Origin: a virus
Taxonomy: Duplodnaviria > Caudoviricetes
DNA length: 64,000 nt
Direction: 5' to 3' (one strand)
IMG/VR virus record: IMGVR_UViG_3300047375_000738
Below are positions 37,611 to 46,414 of this stretch, one piece after another (position 1 is the stretch's first letter; each line of letters opens with the position of its first letter). The notes below the pieces were generated by a model that was not told the DNA's origin, did no database searches, and saw nothing but the letters and a program-made list of their open reading frames with translations. A program made the translations under genes and the position numbers.

Positions 37611-39389
37611 TTAGATTAAGTTAGCCCATGCACCGTTTTCATAACCTTGGAATTTGTTATCTGTTGTGTTGTATACAATGTCGCCGTTTTGGGCTGCTAA
37701 TGCGTTTCTTTCTGTTGTAGTAAAACTTGCCATACGTAGTGATGAACTTGTTACCACAACAGCATTTCCTGCTGTTAAGTTTAAGTTAGCACTTGCACTA
37801 ATTTCTGGTGTTTCTGTACCTGTTGATATAAATCTATCTGCTGTTACAGTATTAGTTACTACTAGATCATTTTCAACTGTTAAATCACTACTTACAGTTA
37901 CAGCTGGAGTAACTGTAATAGCACTTGAATCGCTTGAGTCTAGTATGCTGTTGGTAAATGTAAAGTTGCCCAGGTTTGCTGGCTGTAGAGCACTTGCCGC
38001 TAGAGCACCTTGAGCACTTGTGGCTGCATCTGTAATTCCGTATCCTGCTAATGTAGTAGGAGTTCCTGTTATACTACCAAAGGCAAAGTCTTGTGCTACA
38101 CCTGTGATAGTGATATTACCTTCTGCATCACTTGCTGTAGTAATAGCAGTTCCACCTAGTATACCAATGCTTTCGCCTTCGTTGATAAGTCTAACAGCAC
38201 TATCATCTGCACTAATACCAATATTAGTAAACGATGATGCGCCACCACCGCCACCGCCACCAGTGCCGTCACGCATAGCAACCCAGGCACCATTTTCGTA
38301 CACTTGGAATACACTGTCAGTAGAGTTATACAATAACATACCGTTTGCTGCTGTAAGCGCATTACGTTCAGTAGTTGTTAATGATCCTGCTTGTATAAAT
38401 CCAGTTGCTTTTACGTTACCTCTTACATCAAGTCTTAAACCTGCTGCTGGAGTATAATCACCAAGTGCCATATTGCCATCAGTTATACCTACATAGTTTG
38501 TTGGTGCATATGTTGCGCCATCGGATGCTGTACCAATATATAATCCAGAATGCCAACCTGCAAACGATACATATGTTTTTGTACCACTGTCGTCAATTTG
38601 ATCCCATGCTAACACTCCAATATTTTGATCAGATGGTGTACCGGAATCTGTTCTTCTAATCTTTAGATATGACGCATTGTCTGTATTAGAAATAAATGTA
38701 TTACTTATTGCACCGGTTGTGCCGTTGGTTATATCTAAGGTATCAGGGTATGTTATACTACTAACATCTTCTAAATTTCCGTGTAATGTATTATCAATAC
38801 CATCAACTATTAGAGTTGAGTCATTTCCAAACACACTACCTGTAACATCACCGTCAAATGTATCGGATGCCGCTGCACCACTATCAACACCTATTACCCA
38901 ATCTGCGCCATCATACTTTAAAACACTATTTGTTGTTACACCTGTTGTGTCTACATTAGCAAGTTGATTAAGTGTAATGCCTGTTAAGTTACTACCATCA
39001 CCGTAATGATCTGCACTTACTCTGCCCAATGCTGCATCAACTAATACTGTAGTGTCATCACCTCTAACATTACCTTGTATATCGATTGCATACTCTTGGC
39101 CTTCTTCAACACCTGCTCCACTAGCAATACCAGTTAACCCGCTGCCGTCACCTACAAAAGCGGTTGCACTAATATTTCCTGTTCCTGAAATATTAAATCC
39201 GTTTAAACTTAAATTTTGAGTTAATGATGCAGGTGAGCTTGCTGCGCTACTTGATACTAGTACTCCGCCTTGTGTTGATCCGTCACCAACATATATCTGT
39301 TTAGTATCAGTTGTGTATATTAGTTCGCCAACAGCAAATGTCTCGGCAGCTCGCTCTGCATTGGTTCCACGTCTTAGCTGTAATGCCAT
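37611..39389 (-). CDS. Tail fibre / virion structural protein
   Basis: N-terminal LQLRRGT...GEL.YTTDTK.IYVGDG (MTD-like N-terminal motif), PTTLAGYGITDA, Gly linker, duplicated TTTERNAL...YN.TD..FQ.YENGAW module; late promoter upstream. Confidence 0.78.
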   Translation of the reverse strand: MALQLRRGTNAERAAETFAVGELIYTTDTKQIYVGDGSTQGGVLVSSSAASSPASLTQNLSLNGFNISGTGNISATAFVGDGSGLTGIASGAGVEEGQEYAIDIQGNVRGDDTTVLVDAALGRVSADHYGDGSNLTGITLNQLANVDTTGVTTNSVLKYDGADWVIGVDSGAAASDTFDGDVTGSVFGNDSTLIVDGIDNTLHGNLEDVSSITYPDTLDITNGTTGAISNTFISNTDNASYLKIRRTDSGTPSDQNIGVLAWDQIDDSGTKTYVSFAGWHSGLYIGTASDGATYAPTNYVGITDGNMALGDYTPAAGLRLDVRGNVKATGFIQAGSLTTTERNALTAANGMLLYNSTDSVFQVYENGAWVAMRDGTGGGGGGGASSFTNIGISADDSAVRLINEGESIGILGGTAITTASDAEGNITITGVAQDFAFGSITGTPTTLAGYGITDAATSAQGALAASALQPANLGNFTFTNSILDSSDSSAITVTPAVTVSSDLTVENDLVVTNTVTADRFISTGTETPEISASANLNLTAGNAVVVTSSSLRMASFTTTERNALAAQNGDIVYNTTDNKFQGYENGAWANLI

Positions 39390-39398
39390 TTGAAAATT

Positions 39399-39440
39399 CT
39401 CCTAGGTGATATTTTGTTATATGTATTTATCACCTAGGAG
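39399..39440 (-). promoter_or_regulatory. 13-bp perfect inverted repeat sequestering the tail-fibre SD, with a late promoter ATAAATA (39424-39430) at the 5' arm/loop junction
   Basis: CTCCTAGGTGATA (39399-39411) and TATCACCTAGGAG (39428-39440), 16-nt loop. Confidence 0.8.
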
Positions 39441-39446
39441 CAATTA

Positions 39447-39755
39447 TCATTTATTTAATTTGAGAAAACGTTTAACACGTTTAGTCAAGTCTTTTCTAAT
39501 GCGATCCATGTCCATACGGAAGTCTATATTATCAATAGTTGGTTCGTATTCTTGAAACAGTGTTTCTAAACTTTGCTCAATGTCGTCAATTGATTGCTTC
39601 TTACGACTATCTTTGATGTCAACTTCCCATACATTACCGTCTTTAAACTTAATAATGCATTTTTTCATATATTCAATTGGTAATATTTCAATTTCAATAT
39701 CTTGAAATATATCATCCCAATCAGTTTCGTCGGTCTTGTTATTTGGATCTGTCAC
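39447..39755 (-). CDS. Hypothetical protein
   Basis: 102-aa ORF with SD-like GAGT/GAG upstream, in the minus-strand gene run. Confidence 0.7.
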   Translation of the reverse strand: MTDPNNKTDETDWDDIFQDIEIEILPIEYMKKCIIKFKDGNVWEVDIKDSRKKQSIDDIEQSLETLFQEYEPTIDNIDFRMDMDRIRKDLTKRVKRFLKLNK

Positions 39756-39758
39756 TCA

Positions 39759-40361
39759 CTAGGCGCTCTCGGTTGCTTTTTTTGTTGCTTTGCGTTTAGT
39801 AGGCGATAGTTCTTCAGCCTGTTCTCTTAGAGCTTTTGCTTCTTTAAACAGTCTGTCAGCATCACTACGCAACTTAGCAGCAATAGCATCATCAGTCAAC
39901 ACTTCACTTTGAGGAGCTTCTAGTGTAGTAGGTGCTGGAGTTTCAACTGATGCAGTTGTTTCCGGCTTTGGGTTTGCTTGGCTTTTAACTGCAAGATCAT
40001 CAATTGCAACACCTTTTTGCTGTGCAATAACTTCGTTCAATTCACTTAGTAGTACTACACTTGATCTGTTAGGAACCATTTCAATCTCGTTTGTTGGAAA
40101 TTTACGCATATGGCCAGTTGTATGTAGTCCAGTTAACATATTTCTACCATCTGAAAGATATGTACGTTGCATTGCTTCGTAAAATTCATCTGCTCTTTGT
40201 CCTGCATCTGATTCGACTAACTTCATTAGATCGTCATGATCTGCTGCTGCTAGAGCATCTGATGTAACAACTAAGCACGAATATGGATCGTTTGGAATCG
40301 TACGATACGCTACAACTACCTTTCGTTGATTGTTTTTAATTCTTCCTACGTGTTTATACAT
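39759..40361 (-). CDS. Hypothetical protein with Ala/Pro/Thr linker and basic tail
   Basis: 200-aa ORF in a tightly packed run. Confidence 0.75.
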   Translation of the reverse strand: MYKHVGRIKNNQRKVVVAYRTIPNDPYSCLVVTSDALAAADHDDLMKLVESDAGQRADEFYEAMQRTYLSDGRNMLTGLHTTGHMRKFPTNEIEMVPNRSSVVLLSELNEVIAQQKGVAIDDLAVKSQANPKPETTASVETPAPTTLEAPQSEVLTDDAIAAKLRSDADRLFKEAKALREQAEELSPTKRKATKKATESA

Positions 40362-40364
40362 GTA

Positions 40365-40616
40365 TTACTCGCTTTCTGTAGCCTCTGGTGCTGGCGCCGC
40401 GGCTGCTGCGGCCTCTGCTGCTTCTTTGGCTTGTTTTTGTTGCTCTTCAACATTGTTTAGGAACAACTCTAATTTATTATAGATAATACCTACAGCTGCC
40501 ATTTCTTTTGGTTTAAATGCACTACGTTCACTAGCAACATCAATGATGCCTTTCATAGTAGCTAGATCCTGGATTGTTAGTTCGTTTGGATCTGTTTGTG
40601 TCTGTTCTTCTGCCAT
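40365..40616 (-). CDS. Hypothetical protein
   Basis: SD AGGAG and ATAAGTA (40638-40644, minus) upstream. Confidence 0.75.
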   Translation of the reverse strand: MAEEQTQTDPNELTIQDLATMKGIIDVASERSAFKPKEMAAVGIIYNKLELFLNNVEEQQKQAKEAAEAAAAAAPAPEATESE

Positions 40617-40654
40617 TTTAATACTCCTATTATAAATTACTTATTTGGCTTTTT

Positions 40655-40930
40655 TTAATTGTACTTCAGATGTGGACAAGCTAATAAGAAATAGCTAAGT
40701 TCTGAAGGTGATTCAAATCCTACTTTCATTGAAGGTGTGATTTGATCGTTTACTAATTGGACCGATCGTCCAATAAAATATCTACCGTTACAGTTTGATG
40801 TAATCCATTCTTCCATTGCACTAGTAATATTATATTTCATTGCAAAGGTCGTTGTTTCAAAGTAAGGAGGACAAAAATCCAACTTACGTATATCTAAAAC
40901 ATTTAAAGGATTAATTTTACCTTTTATCAC
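40655..40930 (-). CDS. Hypothetical protein
   Basis: 91-aa ORF with ATGA-type overlap to the VWA gene. Confidence 0.7.
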   Translation of the reverse strand: MIKGKINPLNVLDIRKLDFCPPYFETTTFAMKYNITSAMEEWITSNCNGRYFIGRSVQLVNDQITPSMKVGFESPSELSYFLLACPHLKYN

Positions 40931-42240
40931 GCAGCCTCCTCGTAGTGCGCTGTCATGCCGAATGGCGCCTCAAGGTTCTTATCGTGGTGTGAATGAATTA
41001 CAAACACTGTTTCACACCAGTCTGGGTCACCCCAACTATCCCATGCGTATCCATCTGTAAACATAATAAAACGCTTGGGTTGAATACCATGCTCTTTCAT
41101 ATAGTTCCAGTTAGCATCAAAGTCAGTACCGCCACCGCCTTTAATTTCGTATTCGGTAATTTCACGTCCATCGTCGCCTGCAAAATCATCTTCGTTGTAT
41201 ACACTTGTATCAAAGCACCAGATCTTAATTTTATAATCTTTAAACTGATCCATGATGCCTTTTACTTCACCTAAAAAGTCTGCGGCTTGTGCATTACCAA
41301 TTGATCCACTCATATCAATTGCAACACAAATATCAATAGTTTCGTCAAAATTCATACCTGGAAGAATAGCACCAGTATGCCAACCTTTGCGTGATGGGCG
41401 ACTAAATGTATAATCGCTTTTAATTGTGCTTTGAATCTGTTGTTGAATAAGTTCACGCCAGTTCATTTTAGGTTCAGTTAGTTCTTTGATCAAACGCTGT
41501 ACACCTACTGGTGTATTTCCAGCACCTGCACTTTGAGATGCTTGAATCATTGCTTCTTTAATTTCATCTTTAATAGCTTCACGTTCGGCTTTGCTATATG
41601 TTGGACGACCTTTGCCTTCTCCTTCGTCGCCGTCGTCACCTTCGCCTTCCCAGTCAATATGTTCGTCTAGCATTTCGCCTAGTTGCTTTAGGTATTCTTC
41701 ACCGTTCTGTTTAGCTTCTTCATACAAGTCGTCGTACACTGCTTCACTAGCCCAACCACGGTATTTAAAGTCTTGAAAGCAATTTACAATACTTGGGATA
41801 GTTCCAATTCGATCATCTACTAACAAGTTATTAACAATATAGTCACATGCAATATTATATAGTCGAGGATCACGATCTTCTCTACGTGTTAAATGATCAA
41901 ATACCATATGTAGAATTTCGTGTGCAAGAACAAACTCAATTTCTTTATTGTTCATTGCATTAAAGAACTGTACATTGTAGAATAAGTTACGACCGTCTAC
42001 AGCGGCAGTAGGAAGCCAATCAGCACGTTGAACTTTCAAACGTGTTGCCATATTACCAAAGAAAGGGTGTCGTAATAGCAGTCCGATACGAGCAGTAATA
42101 ATACGTTCGTATACATCGACATTCATTTCGTCCAACTGTTCATCTGTTAGATCGGGATCAGGTTGCCATGTACGTAATTCAGATGCTGTCTTTTCTGTCG
42201 ACATCTTCATTGCAACATAATGTGGTAAAAAGTCTAACAT
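40927..42240 (-). CDS. HExxH metallopeptidase-like plus VWA domain protein (DUF2201-type)
   Basis: TAAVDGR, LAHEILH, acidic linker, IDMSGSI (MIDAS), GGGGTDF, MFTDG. Confidence 0.88.
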   Translation of the reverse strand: MLDFLPHYVAMKMSTEKTASELRTWQPDPDLTDEQLDEMNVDVYERIITARIGLLLRHPFFGNMATRLKVQRADWLPTAAVDGRNLFYNVQFFNAMNNKEIEFVLAHEILHMVFDHLTRREDRDPRLYNIACDYIVNNLLVDDRIGTIPSIVNCFQDFKYRGWASEAVYDDLYEEAKQNGEEYLKQLGEMLDEHIDWEGEGDDGDEGEGKGRPTYSKAEREAIKDEIKEAMIQASQSAGAGNTPVGVQRLIKELTEPKMNWRELIQQQIQSTIKSDYTFSRPSRKGWHTGAILPGMNFDETIDICVAIDMSGSIGNAQAADFLGEVKGIMDQFKDYKIKIWCFDTSVYNEDDFAGDDGREITEYEIKGGGGTDFDANWNYMKEHGIQPKRFIMFTDGYAWDSWGDPDWCETVFVIHSHHDKNLEAPFGMTAHYEEAA

Positions 42241-42269
42241 GCGTATTCTCCTTCAGTGCCTATATACTT

Positions 42270-42298
42270 ATAATACACTTCTATTTACGTTTTGTCAA
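42270..42298 (-). promoter_or_regulatory. Sigma70-type promoter of the VWA gene
   Basis: TTGACA-17-TATTAT; SD AAGGAG before ATG 42240. Confidence 0.75.
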
Positions 42299-42301
42299 GA
42301 G

Positions 42302-42331
42302 AAAAGTTGGGCGAGATTGACCCGCCCAACT
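42302..42331 (-). terminator. Intrinsic terminator after the AAA ATPase gene
   Basis: AGTTGGGCG/CGCCCAACT 9-bp stem followed by TTTTCTCTT on the minus strand. Confidence 0.8.
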
Positions 42332-42341
42332 GTATGGCGTC

Positions 42342-43424
42342 TTATGCACTCTGTGCAGCCTTGATGTATTTGCCATAACGGTCATGAAATTCATCAAAAC
42401 ATGCAATTGCGTCTGGATCAATTGGCAGTGAGTATTGCGTAAGAGCTAATTTGATACCCATAACAACTAATTCAGTTTCAAAGTTATCCATTGCAAAGCG
42501 TAAAAAGTTGTTGACTTTATCATCAAACTTTTTATCATTTTTGTCACATGCTTCTTTAAGCTCATAACAAAGACTTACAGTCAAGGAATACTTGGCACTG
42601 ATTTCTTGTGTCTGTAATTCTTTTACTTTGCCGGATAAAATATCGCTTGGATTAGGCATACTAGATGCAATCTTGCGATGCGCCATAAATTTAATTCCAA
42701 GTCCTTCTCCAACAGAACCAGCAACTAGATCTGTTGTAGTAGACTCATCATCATCGTCTTCAAGTAGTTCTGATACAAATGTCCATGAGCGAGGAGAAGC
42801 AAATGAACGACTAGAACTACGTGGATCAAAATCATACAAATCGCCTTTGGCAAAAGTTAAGTAGCCAACAACGTCTTTGTGGATATTGTTTGCAACTGAC
42901 CATTCAAACCAGTCGTCAAAATTGACAGCTAATTCTAAGTGAACGAATCGGTTAGCAAGTGGAGCAGGCATACGATATGTCACGCCTTTGTCTGCTTCAC
43001 GGTTACCTGCGGCAACAATAACTACATTGTCCGGTAACTTATATTCACCAATACGACGATTAAGTGTCAACTGGTACGCAGCCGCTTGTACTGCTGGTGC
43101 CGCAGAATTCATTTCATCTAAGAACAATGTAATATGATCATACTTAGATGCCATTTCTTCATCTGGCAATTCCATAGGTGGTGCCCACACCATTTTACCT
43201 TGTGTTGAATCAAAGTAAGGAATGCCTTTAATATCTGTTGGTTCCCAAAGAGATAGTCGAATATCAATCAAATGACTGTTAGGAAAGCTATCGTTTACTT
43301 GCCCTACGATATCTGACTTACCAATACCTGGAGGACCCCAAATAAAGATAGGACGTTTTTTGCGCATTGCCCGGCGCAAACTTGCTTTTGCCTTGTTTGG
43401 CGAAACTGTTCTTAAATCTGACAT
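42342..43424 (-). CDS. MoxR/dynein-related AAA+ ATPase
   Basis: GPPGIGKS Walker A, LFLDE Walker B, AAGNR, PAPLANRF. Confidence 0.92.
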   Translation of the reverse strand: MSDLRTVSPNKAKASLRRAMRKKRPIFIWGPPGIGKSDIVGQVNDSFPNSHLIDIRLSLWEPTDIKGIPYFDSTQGKMVWAPPMELPDEEMASKYDHITLFLDEMNSAAPAVQAAAYQLTLNRRIGEYKLPDNVVIVAAGNREADKGVTYRMPAPLANRFVHLELAVNFDDWFEWSVANNIHKDVVGYLTFAKGDLYDFDPRSSSRSFASPRSWTFVSELLEDDDDESTTTDLVAGSVGEGLGIKFMAHRKIASSMPNPSDILSGKVKELQTQEISAKYSLTVSLCYELKEACDKNDKKFDDKVNNFLRFAMDNFETELVVMGIKLALTQYSLPIDPDAIACFDEFHDRYGKYIKAAQSA

Positions 43425-43461
43425 GCTGTATTCCTCTCATGTTTATCAGTGCCTATAAACT

Positions 43462-43490
43462 AATATAACATTGGAATGGTTGCTTGTCAA
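43462..43490 (-). promoter_or_regulatory. Sigma70-type promoter of the AAA gene
   Basis: TTGACA-17-TATATT; SD GAGG before ATG 43424. Confidence 0.75.
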
Positions 43491-43879
43491 CCTTTACTTG
43501 GTAAGTTTTCTGATCTTTTCATGGCTTTTGTTATACCGTACTTACGAAGATCGCCACTGAACAGTGTAAGTTCAACTGCTTTTTTCTCGTTGGTTACGTG
43601 TATAGCAGTGTTATCAAGGTAATACGGACAGTCAATAAACTGATCTAAAAATATAATTACCTGTGTGGTGATTGGCATATCTGGTGGATACAGTATTCTA
43701 TATGTTGCTAGATCAATTTTAGAAAGCATATCAAACCCTTCTTCGGTTAAACGAAGTCCGCCGACTTCCTTTTCTCTAGTGTTCTTCCACCATGTTGGAA
43801 AGTACTGAGCTATGTTCTCTTTACTAATTGCCAGGTTAAGTTGTTTTAAAAAAAGTTTTGTATATACTGTCTTATTCAT
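43487..43879 (-). CDS. Hypothetical protein
   Basis: 130-aa ORF overlapping its upstream neighbour. Confidence 0.72.
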   Translation of the reverse strand: MNKTVYTKLFLKQLNLAISKENIAQYFPTWWKNTREKEVGGLRLTEEGFDMLSKIDLATYRILYPPDMPITTQVIIFLDQFIDCPYYLDNTAIHVTNEKKAVELTLFSGDLRKYGITKAMKRSENLPSKG

Positions 43880-44162
43880 CTGTAACTTTTTCGCCTGCTG
43901 TTAATTTAAATACAGCAAAGTCGTTAGTCTTAAACATTATGTTTAGTTTTTTAGAAAGATTAATTGCATGTCCTGGATTTGAAAAACTTGTTTTCTTATA
44001 CTTAGGTCCGGGATAATTTGTTAATTTGTTTTGTGACTTTAAGTTAAATGGTTTGTCTTTATAGAATACCGCCCAGATAGCTTCAGCATCGAGCACTTGC
44101 TCACTCTTGTAAGTTTTACCGTCTACAAATTCCATTAATATATTTGGTGCTGGTCTACTCAT
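43872..44162 (-). CDS. Hypothetical protein
   Basis: 96-aa ORF with SD AAGGA; preceded by a hairpin and late promoter. Confidence 0.75.
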   Translation of the reverse strand: MSRPAPNILMEFVDGKTYKSEQVLDAEAIWAVFYKDKPFNLKSQNKLTNYPGPKYKKTSFSNPGHAINLSKKLNIMFKTNDFAVFKLTAGEKVTDE

Positions 44163-44197
44163 ATGCGTATCCTTTAGTTATATACGCATATATTTAT
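44161..44197 (-). promoter_or_regulatory. 10-bp inverted repeat over the start region with late promoter ATAAATA (44191-44197)
   Basis: ATATGCGTAT (44161-44170) and ATACGCATAT (44182-44191), 11-nt loop. Confidence 0.72.
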
Positions 44198-44209
44198 CAT
44201 TTTAAATGT

Positions 44210-44455
44210 CTATTTCCATTCGCCACCACCGCCTATTTCTACTTTTATGATGTCATCTGACGCCCCACTAGCATTTTCTTTTACAAATTTTTCTAAGTCT
44301 CCGTGTATACGAGACATAACAATACCAAGTGCAAATGCTAGATTTTTTGCTTGTGCAATATCCATACGAACTTCTTTGGCACGACTGTTTTCAGCAGCCT
44401 GAACTTGTTTGATAAACTGTTGTAATGGAGCAGTATTAAGTGGTTCGTTTGACAT
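44210..44455 (-). CDS. Hypothetical protein
   Basis: 81-aa ORF in the minus-strand run. Confidence 0.7.
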   Translation of the reverse strand: MSNEPLNTAPLQQFIKQVQAAENSRAKEVRMDIAQAKNLAFALGIVMSRIHGDLEKFVKENASGASDDIIKVEIGGGGEWK

Positions 44456-44909
44456 TGCTTAGAGCCAGTTTCATTTCAATTTCAGTCTTATAAGGACCCA
44501 TATATTCATTGCGCTCAACTGTAACTTGCTTTGGACAAAAACTTTTAAGCCAGTTTACGTTAAACTTAATTAGATAATAACCAGCACAATACACACTACG
44601 ACTCTTTTCACTTTTTGTAAACAACGGAAGTTTGTTTTGTATATCAAACATACTGTTGTATGGTGTTGTGCGTGTAGGAAATCCATGCACTGAAAAGTCT
44701 TTTTGCTCTTCAGGTGCAATAACTTTTGCAGTTAAAAAACTAGGCCCAAACTTTTTAGTTAGATCTGATGCATCGGAGTGAAAGGTAATTTTACCTTTGT
44801 TACTAAAAATGAAACCTTCGTCGTTTTTACTAATTGTGCCAACTTTTTCTCCGGCTTCTTCGACAATCCAAAACTTATCCTCTAAGATTGGTTTAGCATT
44901 AATTGTCAT
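44436..44909 (-). CDS. Hypothetical protein
   Basis: 157-aa ORF with SD GAGG, overlapping the rnh stop. Confidence 0.75.
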   Translation of the reverse strand: MTINAKPILEDKFWIVEEAGEKVGTISKNDEGFIFSNKGKITFHSDASDLTKKFGPSFLTAKVIAPEEQKDFSVHGFPTRTTPYNSMFDIQNKLPLFTKSEKSRSVYCAGYYLIKFNVNWLKSFCPKQVTVERNEYMGPYKTEIEMKLALSNVKRTT

Positions 44910-45894
44910 TTATATACCTCGCTTGTAATGGTGTTGCATAAGATGCTGCCTGGTCTGCAATACGTTGCATATCCCACTTAGCACAGAATTTCATAAGACG
45001 CATGCCTACTTGTTGTACTTCTTTAGGCTTTGCATTTTCTTCAATAGTACTATTAATTATCTCTCTAATATCTGCAGGTTGTGCAGTCAAGTCACATAGT
45101 ACAACATTGCGGTTGTAGTCATCTAGTACACGATGTTCTTCGCCATTATGATCAGTCCAGCGTTGCAACATCATATTGTTCCAGTTGTAACCTTTAGTGT
45201 CTTTGTCTGCAAATGCTTCAATAAGACCTACTTTGTTCTTAGTGCCTTTCTTGCGTACACCGGGGTAAGCACTAAACACGTTGTCACTAGTATCGCCACG
45301 CATACACTTTTCAAACAACATAAAGTCGGGCTCGGGTGCAGGCTTAGGCTCTTTAGTCTTCTTGTCAATAACAGGCTCACGCTTCTTATCGTCAAAGTAT
45401 CCTTCGTGTGTAATAATAGTATTGCTAACACCGTTGTACTGTTGTACATTAGGTGCAATAAGTTGTGCAAAGTCGCCGTCAGTACTAATAATAACATGAT
45501 TGTCATTAGGGTGTGCTTGCACCCAACCAGCAATTAAGTCATCTGCTTCTAGTTGCGGATGACGCATTACTGTACAGTTAGTTTTGTCTGTAATAAATGT
45601 TTTAAATTCGTCAAAGCACTCCCAAAAGATTGTATCTTCTTCTTGCTGTGCAGGAGTTAGTGCATCGCGAGCAACTTTTCTGTTGCGCTTGTAAGGCTCA
45701 TAATAGTCCTTGCGCCAGCTACGACCTTCTAAACAAAACACAACATGATCTGCATCAAAGTCTTGCCATGCTTTCTTAACACCTGACAATGTAATATGGA
45801 AGGCCATACCGACCTTAGTGTCAATATCGCCACGTACTACATGCCTTGCACGAAAGAAAGTGTTAGCAGTGTCTACTAGAATATAAGTTGCCAT
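44899..45894 (-). CDS. rnh: T4 RNase H-like 5'-3' exonuclease (flap family)
   Basis: ILVDTAN, FCLEG, WRKDYY.PYKRNR, LEADD, ISTDGDF.QL, GDTSDNV. Confidence 0.88.
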   Translation of the reverse strand: MATYILVDTANTFFRARHVVRGDIDTKVGMAFHITLSGVKKAWQDFDADHVVFCLEGRSWRKDYYEPYKRNRKVARDALTPAQQEEDTIFWECFDEFKTFITDKTNCTVMRHPQLEADDLIAGWVQAHPNDNHVIISTDGDFAQLIAPNVQQYNGVSNTIITHEGYFDDKKREPVIDKKTKEPKPAPEPDFMLFEKCMRGDTSDNVFSAYPGVRKKGTKNKVGLIEAFADKDTKGYNWNNMMLQRWTDHNGEEHRVLDDYNRNVVLCDLTAQPADIREIINSTIEENAKPKEVQQVGMRLMKFCAKWDMQRIADQAASYATPLQARYINDN

Positions 45895-45916
45895 TAGTTT
45901 GCCTATTGTTGTTTAT

Positions 45917-45946
45917 ATATACGATTATATACGATTATATACGATT
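45917..45946. repeat. Three perfect tandem copies of ATATACGATT spanning a promoter spacer and -10
   Basis: 45917-45926, 45927-45936 and 45937-45946 are identical. Confidence 0.95.
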
Positions 45947-45952
45947 TGTCAA
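45924..45952 (-). promoter_or_regulatory. Consensus sigma70 promoter of rnh
   Basis: TTGACA (45952-45947), 17 nt, TATAAT (45929-45924). Confidence 0.8.
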
Positions 45953-45955
45953 GCA

Positions 45956-46336
45956 TTAACTTACTTCGCTTTTGCCTTTATCAATTGGCACTACATTAAT
46001 GTAACCAGTGTTTACTTTAGAATCAACTGCTTCTTCTTGTAGCATGTTATACACAATGTCACGGAACCATCTATCAACAATTTCTTCTTCGGGATCTGAT
46101 TCTTCTCCGTATCCGTTTTGTATTAGTTCTTGAATAAAGTATTTGTTCCAATCAAGCTCAAAGAACCCATTACGGATATTGTCTCCGTTGACTTGCATAT
46201 CAAGTACATTTACCCAAGGTTCCTTCTTACGTGTTGCATATTCTTTTGGATCACGTACTTTAATAACTTCTAGTTCTTTTTGTTCCTTAGCAGTAACGCC
46301 TGTTAAGTCTCTTACTTTTTTACTCCACCATCCCAT
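45956..46336 (-). CDS. Hypothetical protein
   Basis: 126-aa ORF, start coupled by TAATG to a small upstream ORF. Confidence 0.75.
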   Translation of the reverse strand: MGWWSKKVRDLTGVTAKEQKELEVIKVRDPKEYATRKKEPWVNVLDMQVNGDNIRNGFFELDWNKYFIQELIQNGYGEESDPEEEIVDRWFRDIVYNMLQEEAVDSKVNTGYINVVPIDKGKSEVS

Positions 46337-46414
46337 TATAGACCTGCCTTTCTAAGTGCGTCTTGATCGATAGGCGCCTTCATAGCCTTTTCGTGTTGTG
46401 CATTTTTATATTGT

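Noticed and set aside
38246-38266. (CCA/CCG)n trinucleotide run
   Set aside because: Simply encodes the poly-Gly hinge of the tail fibre.
37654-38967. Several 96-145 aa plus-strand ORFs antisense to the tail fibre, and similar ones at 61012-61479, 10421-10879 and 53418-53885
   Set aside because: Antisense shadows of well-supported genes, with no SD, promoter or motif.
37611-39389. Diversity-generating retroelement suggested by the MTD-like N-terminus and duplicated C-terminal module
   Set aside because: No reverse transcriptase and no near-identical template/variable repeat pair differing at adenines; the duplicated modules are diverged at all bases.
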